A DNA stretch of 64,000 nt from Monocercomonoides exilis PA203. Taxonomy: Eukaryota > Protista > Preaxostyla. The position numbers and the translations under genes were made by a program. This document shows positions 1 to 12,435 of this stretch, in pieces. A model generated the notes under the pieces. That model did no database searches. It worked only from the letters and a program-made list of their open reading frames with translations, and was not told where the DNA came from. The DNA is taken from positions 434,001-498,000 of the forward strand of contig LSRY02000050.1 of the NCBI GenBank assembly GCA_001643675.2. The letters are read 5' to 3'. Positions within the stretch are counted from its first letter, which is position 1. The number at the start of each line of letters is the position of its first letter.

Positions 1-670
1 CCAGAAAACCGCATCCCCCTTTTCTCTTTTTGTTTGCATGTCTTCATCTCCTTTCTTTTTAATGCAATTGATGTCGTAGACACAGCAAAAAATGCTCACA
101 AACAAAAACATATCGCAATATTCCGAAATTAAAATTATCCTTTATGATCATAACCATATATTTATTTCAATTTTTGATTTTAATTTTTTCGAAAATAAAA
201 ATTTAAATTAAAAATTTAAGAAATTTAAATTATTTGCTGTTTATAGAACTTTGTGATAAGAAAATATCTCATTCTGAAAACACTTTGAATTGAATTTCCA
301 AAATACTCTACATAAACAAATTTTCTTGTTTTTTTATTTCAAATCATAATTGAAGAAAAACAATATTTCATCAATTTATACTTGAAATATCTCAATGATA
401 AAATTTAAATATTTCAATTTTTTTAAAATTATATGGTTAGATGATCAAAAGAAAAGATATTTGAATCTAAAGTTTGAAAGGGATATTGAATGAATGAAAG
501 GAAATTGATTTCATGTTTTATTTATTGGAAAAATATAAATTGGATTATGAATTTTTTCCATTTTAACTTTCATAGATAGAGAGAGATGTTTGCTTTGGTT
601 GATTATTTTGTTGATTGATAAGTTGAAAGCACAATTATTGTTATTTAAACTCTAAAAATAGATAATATTA

Positions 671-2411
671 ATGCTGTAGAGGGAAAATCAACAGCTGAAT
701 TGCGAGAGATTCCTCTTTCAGAGAAGTTTTCGAGTATATCTGATTATTTTTATATATTTTGCGTTCTTAATTGTTTTGAAAAGAATTAATCCGCCTGTTT
801 GATAAACTTTCTTTTGGAGAGCCGAGCCGTATTAGCGATAAAATTTGTTGTTTGATTGACAAAATGAATGAGGAAGAATTAAATTCTTTTTTTGCGAAAA
901 CTGTTTACGAAAAGATTGGAAATATGTTTGAAAAAGATGAAATTTCTTTGAAAAATGTTTCATTGCTGCTGATATGAATGGGACGTTGCAAAGTATTGAA
1001 AGGAATATGGAATAACAACTTTGATGATTGTTCATTATGTAGAAAAATTGAATGCCTGCTAACTGATGAAGCACAAAAAAAGGAAGTGAACAATGAAAAG
1101 CAAATTACTGATCTCTGCAAATGCTATCTATTATTAAGTGATTTTAATTTTAACGTTTCGAAGGAACTGATGATTTTTATTGTTCCTTGTCTGCTGAAAG
1201 TTTCGTTACAAAAAGAGGAAAGTGAAGAAACACAAAAAGAAGTTGAAACTGCCTTATTGGCTTTGAGTTGCATTCCTGAATTTGTGGTATGAGCATTTTA
1301 ATTATATGGCATATGAATATGGGTGATTCTTTTTGAAAAGTCACAAATGTCTAATTTTCATAAGAATCAAAAATTTCATATATAGCTATATATTTTGTTA
1401 ACAAGTGTCAAACTACACTTTAATGGAATCTATTTCTTGATAATGCGATTTCAAACATTTTTGAGGAGATTTGTGAGCTGAAACAGAAATTTGAGCAAAA
1501 TATGAAATTTTTAAAGTATTTGAGAATTAAACATTTGTGACTTTTCAAAAAGAATCACCCATATGTTTATATTTGCATTTGTTTCATCATAGTTAATCGA
1601 TCCGGCATTGTACCTGAACGAGATAACCGAAATCATCCTGTACCATCAGGAGCATCGTAATCTTTCGAGACTGGCGTATCAGTCTGCTTGGGGCTTTTTG
1701 AAGACCAGGTTATTGTTGGGAGGTGGGCTGGATGGTTTGCATGCGAAAGAGATGCATTTTGTGACTGAAGCAGCAAATGAACAAGAAGAGCTTTCATATT
1801 GCGTTGATTGGATGAAAAAGGAAAAACGAATTATGGCGAACGGAGAAGAAGAATATGATGACGATGATGATGATGAAGAAAGAAAAGAAGAAGAGAAAAT
1901 TTCTGTTATTAAGCGGTGGCTGATGACGATATACATCTTTCTCTTCTTCTTCCAGCTGAGTGACGCAGACGTGCTGATGCTGACAAGCAGCGTGGCCTGT
2001 TTAAACAGAAAAGCGAGGGTCAGCCGCATAAGTGTTTCGAATGAGTGCCTCTCTTTGTACGTCAGTGCGGTGGATGCGAAAGAGCATGTGGCATTTGAGC
2101 TGATGAGGATTGGTGCAGGGGCAATTCTGGTGGGAGAGCTGCAGAAGCCGACGCTGCACGAGCTGATGGAAAGGTTGTGCTTGAAGTTGCTGAAACAGCT
2201 GTCACGGGGGTTTTGTGAACGTGTGGAGAACGAGGAAGCCAGGAGGAAGTTAAAGATGTTGCAAAGTGAAATGTGCGAAATGATGGAGGAAGAAGGATTT
2301 TATGACACTATTTTGAGCCTCAAACAAATAATTGTTGGACGCATTTTTAATATCGATAGGTATTTAATTGGCAATGAAAAAGATTATGATGCGCTTTGTT
2401 TTGTCTGTTGA
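671..2411 (+). pseudogene. Expanded lineage-specific alpha-helical (ARM/HEAT-like) family, copy 1, divergent and probably inactivated at the 5' end
   Basis: Family motifs VPCLLKVSLQKEESEETQKEVETALLAL (978-1292) and LNEITEII...HRNLSRLAYQSAW...MEEEGFYD (1608-2411). Same intron position as the other copies (donor GTATGA at ~1287). In-frame TGA just before 978. The 5' boundary is approximate. Confidence 0.7.
1320..1561. mobile_element. ~240-bp MITE (TGGGTGATT-type TIR, TA flanks) inserted in the intron of family copy 1
   Basis: TGGGTGATTCTTTTTGAAAAGTCACAAATGT at 1320 and its exact reverse complement ending at 1561, with TA on both sides. Confidence 0.9.
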
Positions 2412-2770
2412 ATGTCTTTCTTATTTTTATTTATTTATTTTTTGAAGATTTTCTTCTTCATTTAAAATATTCTTTCTTTACTGCGAGTGTCAATTTGTCT
2501 ATGAAACAATTATGGGTCTTTGTGAATTCAGTTGAAAACTCGAGCCTTTTATTAATTTGATAATTTACACCTTTCATTTTTGTTCTTTTTAATAAAAATA
2601 GATTAACATTAACTAAGTGGGAAAATTATAAGATTCAGATTTCAAACAAAAACTGGATTTTTTTCCCATTTCAAAAATTTAATTCAAAGAAAAAAATTTG
2701 AAATTCGAAGTTAAATAAGTATTAAATAAAAAAGTTTGTTTCAAATAATTTGAACAGAATTTTTCCATTA

Positions 2771-4480
2771 CGGTGATTTATAAACCCGAACATTTTTTTG
2801 AAAACCCGAACAAAAAATAAATGAATTTATTTTTGTGCATTGTGTATTGACTTCGTTTTTAAAAAAAATACTAATAATAAATATAATCAACAACCTCTTG
2901 TTTCACAATTTTTCGAGAGTTTCTTTCTTTTTTTCCATCATCAGAAATATCATCATTTCAAATTTTCAATGTGTTGAATTTTCTTTTTTTCGGTTTTTCA
3001 TCTTCAAACAAAGCCTTTTCAATTTCTTTACTATCTTTTTCTTCATTTTTTGACTCTTTTCTTTCATCCTTTTCTTTTTTCCATACTATCAAAAAAACTT
3101 CATCAGTTATTAATTAACCAAAATAATCAAACCTTTTTGTTCTTTTCTTCAGAGTGACGGAACGTTCTTTTGGAAGCTTGGCTAACACTTCGTGCCACTG
3201 ATGAGACAGCACTCCGCTCTTCGCAAATGATGATTTGATTGTTGAAGGCAACAAAGAAGTTTGCAAAGCTTGTGGAAAAACATCAGCCAGTGCTTCTCGT
3301 CGCAAAATAACAGATGAAGAAGAAGGTGCTTCATAATTAGCATTAATTGTTTTTTTAAAAACAGCAAATACGCCATGATCCAATGACTGTGCAATGTGAG
3401 TGGTGTGGGGCACGAAGGTGACGACATCTATTAAAGAATCGGCAAACTTCTTCCATCAGTCAAGCTGCGCTCTCGATGAATGCGAATCAAAAAGGAGAAG
3501 TCACCACTCTTCATTTCTCTTTTAAATTTTTCCTCTATATCTGTATCCTGTCTGGAACACTTTTTCAGCATATTTGAGGAATTGCGCTTCAGTCATCCAT
3601 CCTTCATTTTCACTCCAAACATCCAACTGCGAACTCAGAACAAGGCGCACTTCATCAGGTAATTTGTGACAAGGCCACAGATCGACGCTTTTTAGGCAGT
3701 AGCCATCAGCTGCAACTGCAACGACGAGAGTTGCATTCGGCATATTCATCGGTGTTTAAAAGAAACAATAAAGCATGTCTGAAGGATGGAAAACAAGAGA
3801 AGAGAAAGAATCAGAAAGTCTTAGAGAATAATCATCAATATTGAAGATGAGAGAGTTAGAATAATAATATTGATCATGAAGGTTTTGTGAAAGAGTTAAA
3901 AATGGAAGAAGAGTTTGTTGATTTGATGCGGAGAGCCTTTGGATGTCGACATTTTGAGGGTGGAAATCATTAAGCTCGAGGTTCATTTTGACATATTGAA
4001 AGGGACAGGCTTTTGAAATGTTTTCTTCTTCCACTTCTTGGTCAATGTTGTCTTTCCTTCCATCATTTATAACATTGTTCATCTGAAAGGATAAAAAATA
4101 GATAAAAACAACAAATAAAAAATTGTGACAAACTAATTTCCTCATTTACGCTGAATTGAAACTTGTCCCACTTTCACATTCTGTTTTCTGCACTACCAAT
4201 ATAGTTTCCTTTTCTTCCTGCTTGAATAATTCTGGTCTTCAATTTTTACCTTCCTTTCTTCCTTTTTCCACCGCTGCAACTGCCCTATCAATTGCAGAGC
4301 GAGTGAATTCCTTCATGTTTGCAGCATCAACAACCAAAGCTTCTCCATTAGCGATAATTGTTGCAACTCGTTCTTATCTTCTTTCAATATGTCGATATTA
4401 AAAGGATCTCATAAAACTTCTAATTTTCTTTAATCCTTGTTGTTTTTTATTTTCGACAACACTCATTTCAAAAAAATTCT
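2771..4480 (-). mobile_element. Decayed pogo/Tigger-like (DDE_1) DNA transposon
   Basis: Frameshifted motifs IFNIDD, AVAADG...NEGWMT, LLFDSH and PHTTHIAQSLDHGVFAVFK match DDE_1 transposases. TA|CGGTGATTTATAAACCCGAAC terminus with a repeated AAACCCGAAC at 2771. The other end was not found. Confidence 0.85.
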
Positions 4481-4547
4481 GGTGATGATCTTTTCATTTT
4501 TTTTAAAAAAAAATTTTTTTTTGAAATGAAAAGAAATTAAAAAAAAA

Positions 4548-7241
4548 GGCGAGATATAACCTCGTTGACAGACAAGTTGAGCAAAAGTACAGATAGCAAA
4601 TGAAAAGTACTCTTTTTCTAATTATTATAAAATTATTATTATTTGGCGAAACTTCGTCTATCATGTTCTATCTAAATAATTCGAAAAATACAAAAATAAT
4701 GGGTGAGATCATTGACTGAAATTGTTCTTTCGCGTATCTTCTCATATGGCTTTAAAACATTAATGGATTCTGTTGTTTGTATATATAATTTTAATTATTA
4801 TTTATTTTCTTAAAGAAAAATTTCATTATTTAAATTATAAGTAACAAAAACACAAATTCTTTTTTAATGTCTTTGCTTGGGAACTCCGCTGACGAGAAAA
4901 GAATGCATCACCTTAAAAGTGCTTGAATAATCATTACATAGTTGGTTCATGGTATAAATAATATTGATGTTTGTAATTTCAATTTTTTATTGAAATAAAT
5001 AATATTTTGTGAAAGTTTTTCAATTTATATGTTGCATAGATCAGAAAACCGAATAAGTTAGTTAATAGCAACATATAATGGACAAAAATTTGTTTTATGC
5101 ATTGAGTTGAATAATTAGGCGAACGCGATTAAAGGAATGAATGAAATTGAACAAATTTTTTACAAAAAGAAAGTTGATAATAAATAAAAAAGCTGGATTA
5201 TTTAAAGAATTTCATAGTGTTTGTGTGGAAGAGTTTATAGCATCTATGCAGAACACAAGATTGAGGAGATGATTTTGAAGAAGAAGAGAGTGGGAATAAA
5301 TGGGAAAATGATAATTTATTGTATTTTTTTATATTTCACTTTGTTTCTATTTTTGGATAGAAAAATCTTGATAAGATGAAAATGAATTATTTTTCTTTTA
5401 TATGTTTTTTCACAAACAAAAGAAAATCTATGATATTCAAAAGGAAGTTGTTGATGTTTGGCTTTTATTGAATTGATTGTGTTAATTTGATTTATGTTTC
5501 TCATTTTATGAATGAAAAAAAGTAATTTCAATTTTACATTAAAATATGTGTTTGTTTTATTTCTCAATAGCTTTTGTTATAAAAAAAACAAGAAAAATGA
5601 AAATTCTAATGAGATTTCTTTTATCCTTTGTATTTAACGACAAGGTTTCAAGAATAATAATGAATGTGAACTCATTTTTCTTATCTTTTGAAAAATTAAA
5701 TATTCACATTTTCAACAATAATTTTGAAAGTATGTGAAACAATAAAACGCATCAAAAAACTTAGAATTTGCTGTGAACAAAAGATATCAGAAAATTATCA
5801 TCGATAGCTTCAACTGCCCCACATCTCAACAAGTTAACAGCTTTCAAATCTCAACTTTTCATCATTCAACTCAAGGAATAAATGCGATCACAACCTATTT
5901 CTCAACAATTCTCCTATTCCTCTCTGAATATCTGAACAAGGTTTCAAAAAAAATATCACAAAATTTTTGATCTTCGATTGATCGAAGTAGAGAAAATCAC
6001 AACGCAGGTCCAGTCATCTCATAAAAAGCTCCTTCGCTTCTGTTTCTTTTCCTCCTTCCTTTTCTCCATTCTCTTTCTCTTTTAATCCACGTCTCTTGCA
6101 TGCACTTCCAGTTCTTTTTCAATTTTTCGAAAAAAAAATAAATCAAATTGACAACAGCGCTTTTGAAAATAGTTTATAAATAAAAAATCTGCTTATTGAA
6201 AACTCTCTTGCAGATTTCCGCTCAAGTTGAACCAGGCAGTGACGCTCCCGATGATATGGGATGACATCTTTGATTTCATCCTAAAAACATTCTGTTTTTT
6301 CTTTTTAAAAAAAAACAAAAACTGAATAAAAATTAAATAAAAATAAAATAAAATTAAAAAAAAATAAAAAATATGAAAGAGGAGAAGAAAGAAATTCAAA
6401 AACGTTGAAAACATAAAAAAGTTTAAACATTATGAGAAAAAATGCAACTCAATGCCAAAAGAGCCATTTCCACTTCTTTTCGTGTTTTTTCTTTTTCATC
6501 TCTTTTTCAACAACCATCTTTTCGTTCTTTTTCCTGCAATCGAGAATTTGAATATTTTTCGATCCAGATTATCCCCCAATATATTGAAGTATTCATTGCG
6601 CTGCAATAACAATAATGCATCTTCCAAAGATGATTTTCTTTTTCAATTCTGGTTGCAAATTATCATTTATATCTTTCTGTGCTAGTGTAATCAAAACATT
6701 CCAAATACAATATATCAAATGCTCCATTTATTTCTTTAAGTTATTTAACTTCTGAGATATACAGATACCAAATCGAATACAAAATATTATTTATTTCAAT
6801 AAAAAATTGAAATTACAAACATCAATATTATTTATACCATGAACCAACTATGTAATGATTATTCAAGCACTTTTAAGGTGATGCATTCTTTTCTCGTCAG
6901 CGGAGTTCCCAAGCAAAGACATTAAAAAAGAATTTGTGTTTTTGTTACTTATAATTTAAATAATGAAATTTTTCTTTAAGAAAATAAATAATAATTAAAA
7001 TTATATATACAAACAACAGAATCCATTAATGTTTTAAAGCCATATGAGAAGATACGCGAAAGAACAATTTCAGTCAATGATCTCACCCATTATTTTTGTA
7101 TTTTTCGAATTATTTAGATAGAACATGATAGACGAAGTTTCGCCAAATAATAATAATTTTATAATAATTAGAAAAAGAGTACTTTTCATTTGCTATCTGT
7201 ACTTTTGCTCAACTTGTCTGTCAACGAGGTTATATCTCGCC
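4548..7241. mobile_element. 2.7-kb long-inverted-repeat (foldback/MULE-like) structure with 463-bp arms (4548-5010 and 6779-7241)
   Basis: The arms read as exact reverse complements (GGCGAGATATAACCTCGTTGACAGAC... / ...GTCTGTCAACGAGGTTATATCTCGCC). No transposase ORF and no clear TSD. Confidence 0.75.
5780..6690 (-). pseudogene. Decayed relic of the expanded alpha-helical family inside the long-IR structure
   Basis: Hand translation gives SLEDALLLLQRNEYFNILGIIW, EKELEVHARDVD*, EGGKETEAKELFMR* and IYSL...NLLRCGAVEAI, collinear with family motifs (SMENAILLLKHVGY; RELEELTRNVDW; EGGKEAKEEFALMRW; CIYSL...DLLKSGAIDAV). Confidence 0.7.
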
Positions 7242-7264
7242 CACAATTGGATAAAACTTGATTA

Positions 7265-7670
7265 TAGTTAGTGTTAATAATGGTGGACACTTTCAATAAT
7301 GGTGGACAGTCGCATTATTTCAACAACTATTGATAGTTGCATTTCATCAATTTACCCATTTATTCCTTCAATGAATGCAAACTTATAAGTCATTCAAAAA
7401 TGAAACAACTTGCTCCCAAGAATAAAGAAAGAGACATTTTCTATTTTCGGAGAAACTCGGAGAAATAAGATTCTCCGAGTTTCTCCGAAAAGAAAAAATA
7501 ATTTTTATTAAATTTCACCGTATTGGATAAATTATTAAAACAATTCACATTGGTTTGTATTCAATGAGGGAATAATTTGGTTAATTGTCAAAAAGCAACT
7601 ATCAATAGTTGTTGAAATAATGCGACTGTCCACCATTATTGAAAGTGTCCACCATTATTAACACTAACTA
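7265..7670. mobile_element. ~406-bp MITE with ~75-bp perfect TIRs, TA TSD and a central hairpin
   Basis: TA|TAGTTAGTGTTAATAATGGTGGACAC...GTGTCCACCATTATTAACACTAACTA|TA. AATAATGGTGGACA occurs twice in each TIR. A 21-bp inverted repeat lies at 7444-7491. Confidence 0.9.
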
Positions 7671-8238
7671 TAGATATGAAAGAAAATAAGTTTGGAGGAG
7701 GCTGCGGAATATGTTCCAAAAAGAAAGAAAGAAAAAAAAAAGAAAAAGACAAAGACAAAGACATAGAAATTTAGAGTGAAATTTTTTGCAAATATACCAT
7801 CATATGGGATGATATATTTTGCTCAAAAAATTTTGTTCCATTCAAAATTTTCTTTCCATTTATTAAATCCTCCTTCTCTTCTGTTTCACTTTCATCAAAC
7901 CTCATTTTCAAAAAGCGACAAACATTCATATATATATAAGATATACTCAAATCACATTTGTAAAGAATTCGAAGAATTTTCAAATATTTTCTTATTTTGA
8001 ATCGACTGTGGGTTTGATCGTCACAAACAAAAGATTTGTGCTTCTGGTGTTGCACAGCGGGACTTCTTGGCTTTGTTGCACTTCGCTTTTTGCGTCAGCT
8101 TATATTCAGTGGAACCTTTAAAACTGCTTTTGAAACCTTTTGTTTTGCGAAATCATCAACAATGTTTGCTGTTTTTTGTGTTTTTTTCGTTGAATATGAA
8201 GTTTTGCGTCAAAATAACATTTGCATACAACGAGCAGA

Positions 8239-9683
8239 ATGGATGTGTGTGATGCATGCAAATCGAATGATGATGCTGAAGAGCCATCCCTTGCAGAGAA
8301 ATTTTCGAGTTTGCTTTAATTGTGTATTTTCAAAGATCTCGTGTTTTATGATTTTTGATGCTCGGGGAAGAATTGCTTGATCAGTTAGAGTATTGCAATG
8401 AAGAAGAACAGAAGCAGAAAATTGAAGAAATGAATGAAATAATTGATGGAATGAATGAAGAAGAATTCGAATCAGTTTTCAAAAAAGAAACATTCAACAA
8501 AATAGAAAAAATGATTGAAAAAAAGAAAGTGTCAATGGAGAATGCAATTTTGCTGCTGAAACATGTTGGATATTGCAAAATGCTGAAAAATGTTTGGAAT
8601 TTATGCTTTGATTCGTCTTCGCTGGGCGAAAAATTTAAAAAAATGATTATTGAAGAGGAAAAGATAAAAGAAGAAAAGAACGAAAAGCTGCTTGTTGATC
8701 TGTGCGAATGCTATCTTTTGCTTCACAAACTGTATTCTGAGAAGCTGATACCAATTTGTGTGCCTTGCCTTCTGAAATTTGCCTTGAAGAAAGAGGAAAG
8801 CGAGGAGACTCGAAAAGAAAAGGAAATGGCTTTATTAGTTTTAAGTCACATTAACAGTTATTACGTATGAACACTGTTATTTCCTTTTTGATATTGTTGT
8901 TATTTTCTAATTTCTAATTAGTTTTTTAGGCAAGAACTGTATTTGAAGGAAATTACAGAAATTATCAAAAATCATCAGGAGCATCACAATCTCACACAGC
9001 TTGCCTATCAGTCTGCTTGGGAATTTTTAATGAACCGATTTTACTTTGAAAATAGCTTGAAAGTTATTGTGAATGAGCTGCATTTTGGAAGAGAAGCAGC
9101 AAGAGAACTGGAAGAGCTAACAAGAAATATGGATTGGAAGAAGAAAGAAGAGAAAATGAACAAAGAAGAAACGAAAGAAGAGGTTATTTTGACAAGATGG
9201 ATTGAAACATCGGGTTATTATTTTTATAGATGCAAATTAGAGAATGAGGAAAATGTAGGGCTAATCAATAGCATTATTAAAGTATTTCGAGCAGCGAATG
9301 ATAATCACAGAGGAATTGGCCTCTGGTGCACTTATCCTTTGATAAATGCGGTGAAAAATAGAGCTGTGAAAGTTGATGCCTTGCTGAAAGGCAGAGCAAT
9401 AGATGCTGTTCTGGAGAGGATGCAGCGACCAAAATTGGATGACGAAATAACAGTTGAATGCTTAAAATTCTTTAAGAATGTTTCAAATCGATTGAAAGAA
9501 AAGGAGAAAGATGAAAAGGAAGAAGAGGAAAGAAAGGCAACAAAAATGGAGATATTCGAAAAGCTGGAAGAAGAAGGATACGAAGATACCATCGCCAGCT
9601 TTCATAAAATATTTGATTTTCTTCACAGAGAATATTCTCTTGGAACATCGTTGAAAATTTCTGATTATTTTGTGAATATTTGA
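8239..9683 (+). CDS. Expanded alpha-helical family, copy 2 (3 exons, apparently intact)
   Basis: Exon 1 MDVCDACKSNDDAEEPSLAEKFS|GTTTGC. Exon 2 ~8371-8865. Intron GTATGA...TTAG, then exon 3 to TGA at 9683. Confidence 0.8.
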
Positions 9684-10056
9684 AAAAATGAGATGCATTG
9701 ATTTTTATCACCATTTTTTCCCGTCCATCATTTCGCAAAATGGAAAACTATCCTTTGAAGAACTTTTCGTACGTTTTATTTTAACCAGAGGATTCTGCAA
9801 AAGGAAATGATTTGATGCTAATAATTTTCTGAAAAGAACAAATACTAATATCACATGAATAAAGAATTTTTGAAATTTCAAAAATCATTTAACCATAAAA
9901 CTTTTATTTCGAGATGAGAAGACATTTTTTTTGTTCATCCTGAAAAAACAATAAATCGTGAAAACAATATGATTAAAAAATTTTTTTATCAAAGAACGGA
10001 TTGATGAACTTTGGGAAAAGGAAAAAGAATTACAGGAAGCGGATGCTATTGGAATT

Positions 10057-11217
10057 TTGGACAGATTTTTCGAAGATTCGATTCAAAAAAGAGGATTAAA
10101 ATACACAAGAAGTTTCACTCGAAATCGCACAAATGAAGATCATAATGATGACAACTGTTCTTACGACAGTGACTCAACATTTAGCAGTAGTGATTTTTCT
10201 TTGGATGCCAAGGAATTCGATTATTATTTTCTTGGTTATAATGATTCAATGCTTCAAGAAAAAATTTCTCCGAATTTGTCTCAGATGAAAGGTAAAATGA
10301 AAGGCCGTTTGCAAAGGGGGAGTGAGAAAGGCAGGCGCAACATTAAAAACGCATCAACTGCTGTAAAGACGTTTGAGGAGCGCGAAGAAGATTCTCCTTA
10401 TGAAGCGACAAGACGATGGATTCGGAAATGTTCCAATTCAACATGTTTCTCACCTGTTGTCTTTGTCTTCAAGCTCATGTTTCGTGTTTCCGTCGATTTG
10501 TTTGTCCAGCTGTTTTTGGTTGCGCCCATATGGATCGTGGGGAAAGGAGCGCGTCTGATGGTTAAGACTGTGGAAAGCATCCTTCCTGCTTTTTCCTTCG
10601 CCTCCCGGACAGTGTTTCATTCAGTGCAATGTGTTGTCTTTGGAGGAGTGCCATTCGATCTGTGGGAGCTGACGTGTCTGCTGCACACGCTGTTTGTGTT
10701 TGCGGTGAATGCCTGGCGCGACTGGGGCTGGTACACACGCTGGCTGCTGCTCAGATGGTACTCCCTGTTCAGACTGGAAGGAGCATTGGCAGAGGGGAGG
10801 AGAGGAGGGGCAGCAGTGAGGAAGGAGCGAGGATGGGAATGTGATGGTGGTTGCTTGGCGTTGCAATGTTCTTCTCCGTCATCTTCATCATCATCATCAT
10901 CTTCTTCTTCTTCTTCTTCTTCTTCTTCTTCTACAACTTCTAATTCAATTTCTTCTTTATCTTCATTTCATCAGCATAACTCTAACTGTCCCAATGAAAG
11001 TGAAGGTCCAGTGTTTATTCTGGAGCGATCGATGCTTCTCTTCCAGCAACACCCAAACACAAATGAATATTTTGTATCCAAATACAACAAGAAGAATAAG
11101 AAGAAGAGGAAGAATGAGAAGAAGAATACACAAAGACAGAAAGAATCCGAAAGAGAAAGAGAGATGTCCAATCAAATTAGTCAAATCAAAGAAGCCAAAA
11201 AGCGGAAGCTTGTTTAA
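10057..11217 (+). CDS. Hypothetical protein with a hydrophobic central segment and poly-Ser tract
   Basis: 386-codon ORF with GC-richer coding composition. The frame is open somewhat further upstream, so the true start is uncertain. Confidence 0.5.
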   Translation: MDRFFEDSIQKRGLKYTRSFTRNRTNEDHNDDNCSYDSDSTFSSSDFSLDAKEFDYYFLGYNDSMLQEKISPNLSQMKGKMKGRLQRGSEKGRRNIKNASTAVKTFEEREEDSPYEATRRWIRKCSNSTCFSPVVFVFKLMFRVSVDLFVQLFLVAPIWIVGKGARLMVKTVESILPAFSFASRTVFHSVQCVVFGGVPFDLWELTCLLHTLFVFAVNAWRDWGWYTRWLLLRWYSLFRLEGALAEGRRGGAAVRKERGWECDGGCLALQCSSPSSSSSSSSSSSSSSSSSSTTSNSISSLSSFHQHNSNCPNESEGPVFILERSMLLFQQHPNTNEYFVSKYNKKNKKKRKNEKKNTQRQKESEREREMSNQISQIKEAKKRKLV

Positions 11218-11599
11218 TCATACTTAGCAATTAAGAGCCAAACACAGATGGACAATGGAGACAGACTGGTGAAGAAGAATGGGGCAGTTGAAGATTTGAT
11301 GAAGGTGCTGGGGCTGAAGAGGCAGAGGGCGCTGCTTCTGCAGCAGAAGATGACAATTCCTCCGAAGAAGGCGAGCTTTGGGAGAGGAGAATACCATTCG
11401 TTTCGTTTAACGAGGGCAGTGGATTGGGGGAAGTTGCATTATGGTGAGGAGGTTGGTGGAGGGGAAGAGGGAGGAAAGGGAAGAAGAGGAAGAAGAGGAA
11501 GAAGAAGAAATTTATGAAGATTTTTTAAGAAGAAGAAAAAGGAGGAGAAGAAGAAGGAGAAGAAGGTGAAAGAACAGAAGCTCCTTCTGAATTCCTCGA

Positions 11600-12435
11600 A
11601 CAGTTGCTGAATGATGAATCAATAAGAGTGAATATTCCTGTTGACAAATCGTTTTGTGGAACTGAAGCAACCTTCAGATTGATTCGCACCATCAACAGAC
11701 ACTCTGTCAAATACAACACTTCCACATTGTCCAATCTCAAACACATTTTCTGTTGCTTCAATTTGTTTCAGTTTCACATTCATCAATGAAATCTCATCTC
11801 CATTTAACAGAAATGAAGGCTTCTTGAATGAAAGCATTGATATTGAGCAGTTGTCAACATGAAGAATTCCACTTTCGATGTTCAACAATGTTGAATTGAG
11901 AACAACAGCTCCTATGTTTTCTGATTGGCCAACAGATGAAAAATCAACAAATGAAAGAGAAAGCTGTCCACTTGATTCATGAATGATTGAATTGCCTGAA
12001 TATGAAAATAACTGCCCAAAACTGAATTTCACACTTTCAATCCGAACAGTCTCTGAGATTGAGACAAGACTTCCCGCATCGCCAGAAACGGTTGAATTCA
12101 GATACACAAAAGCAGCTGACTGAGGTTGTAATGAGTGGATAATTACATCCTTTGCTTCGCATCCTCCGATAACAATTGTCTCTTTTGAGACCAACAGCTG
12201 CGAATAAGATGATGGAATGATGTGCCGCATTCCCTCATTCAACGATTCACAAGGCGCTTCAAACCCTCCACATTGCTTGCTATCTCCATGATTTCCTGCA
12301 ACAGAAGAAACAAATATCGTCTCGCTCTGGTATTTTTACAACCCTCAGCAAAAGATCTTCTTCATTTGTATGCGAATCTGTTGTGCAACCCCAGATCGTC
12401 GGTTCCTTTTCAAATGGAGATCTGAAATCTGTCAC
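11600..12435 (-). pseudogene. Truncated, frameshifted fragment of a large beta-helix-like surface protein family
   Basis: DFRSPFEKEPTIWGC...EEDLLLRVVK shifts frame into ...CGGFEAPCESLNEGMRHIIPSSYSQ...VDNCSISMLSF. It ends abruptly near 11620. Confidence 0.55.
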
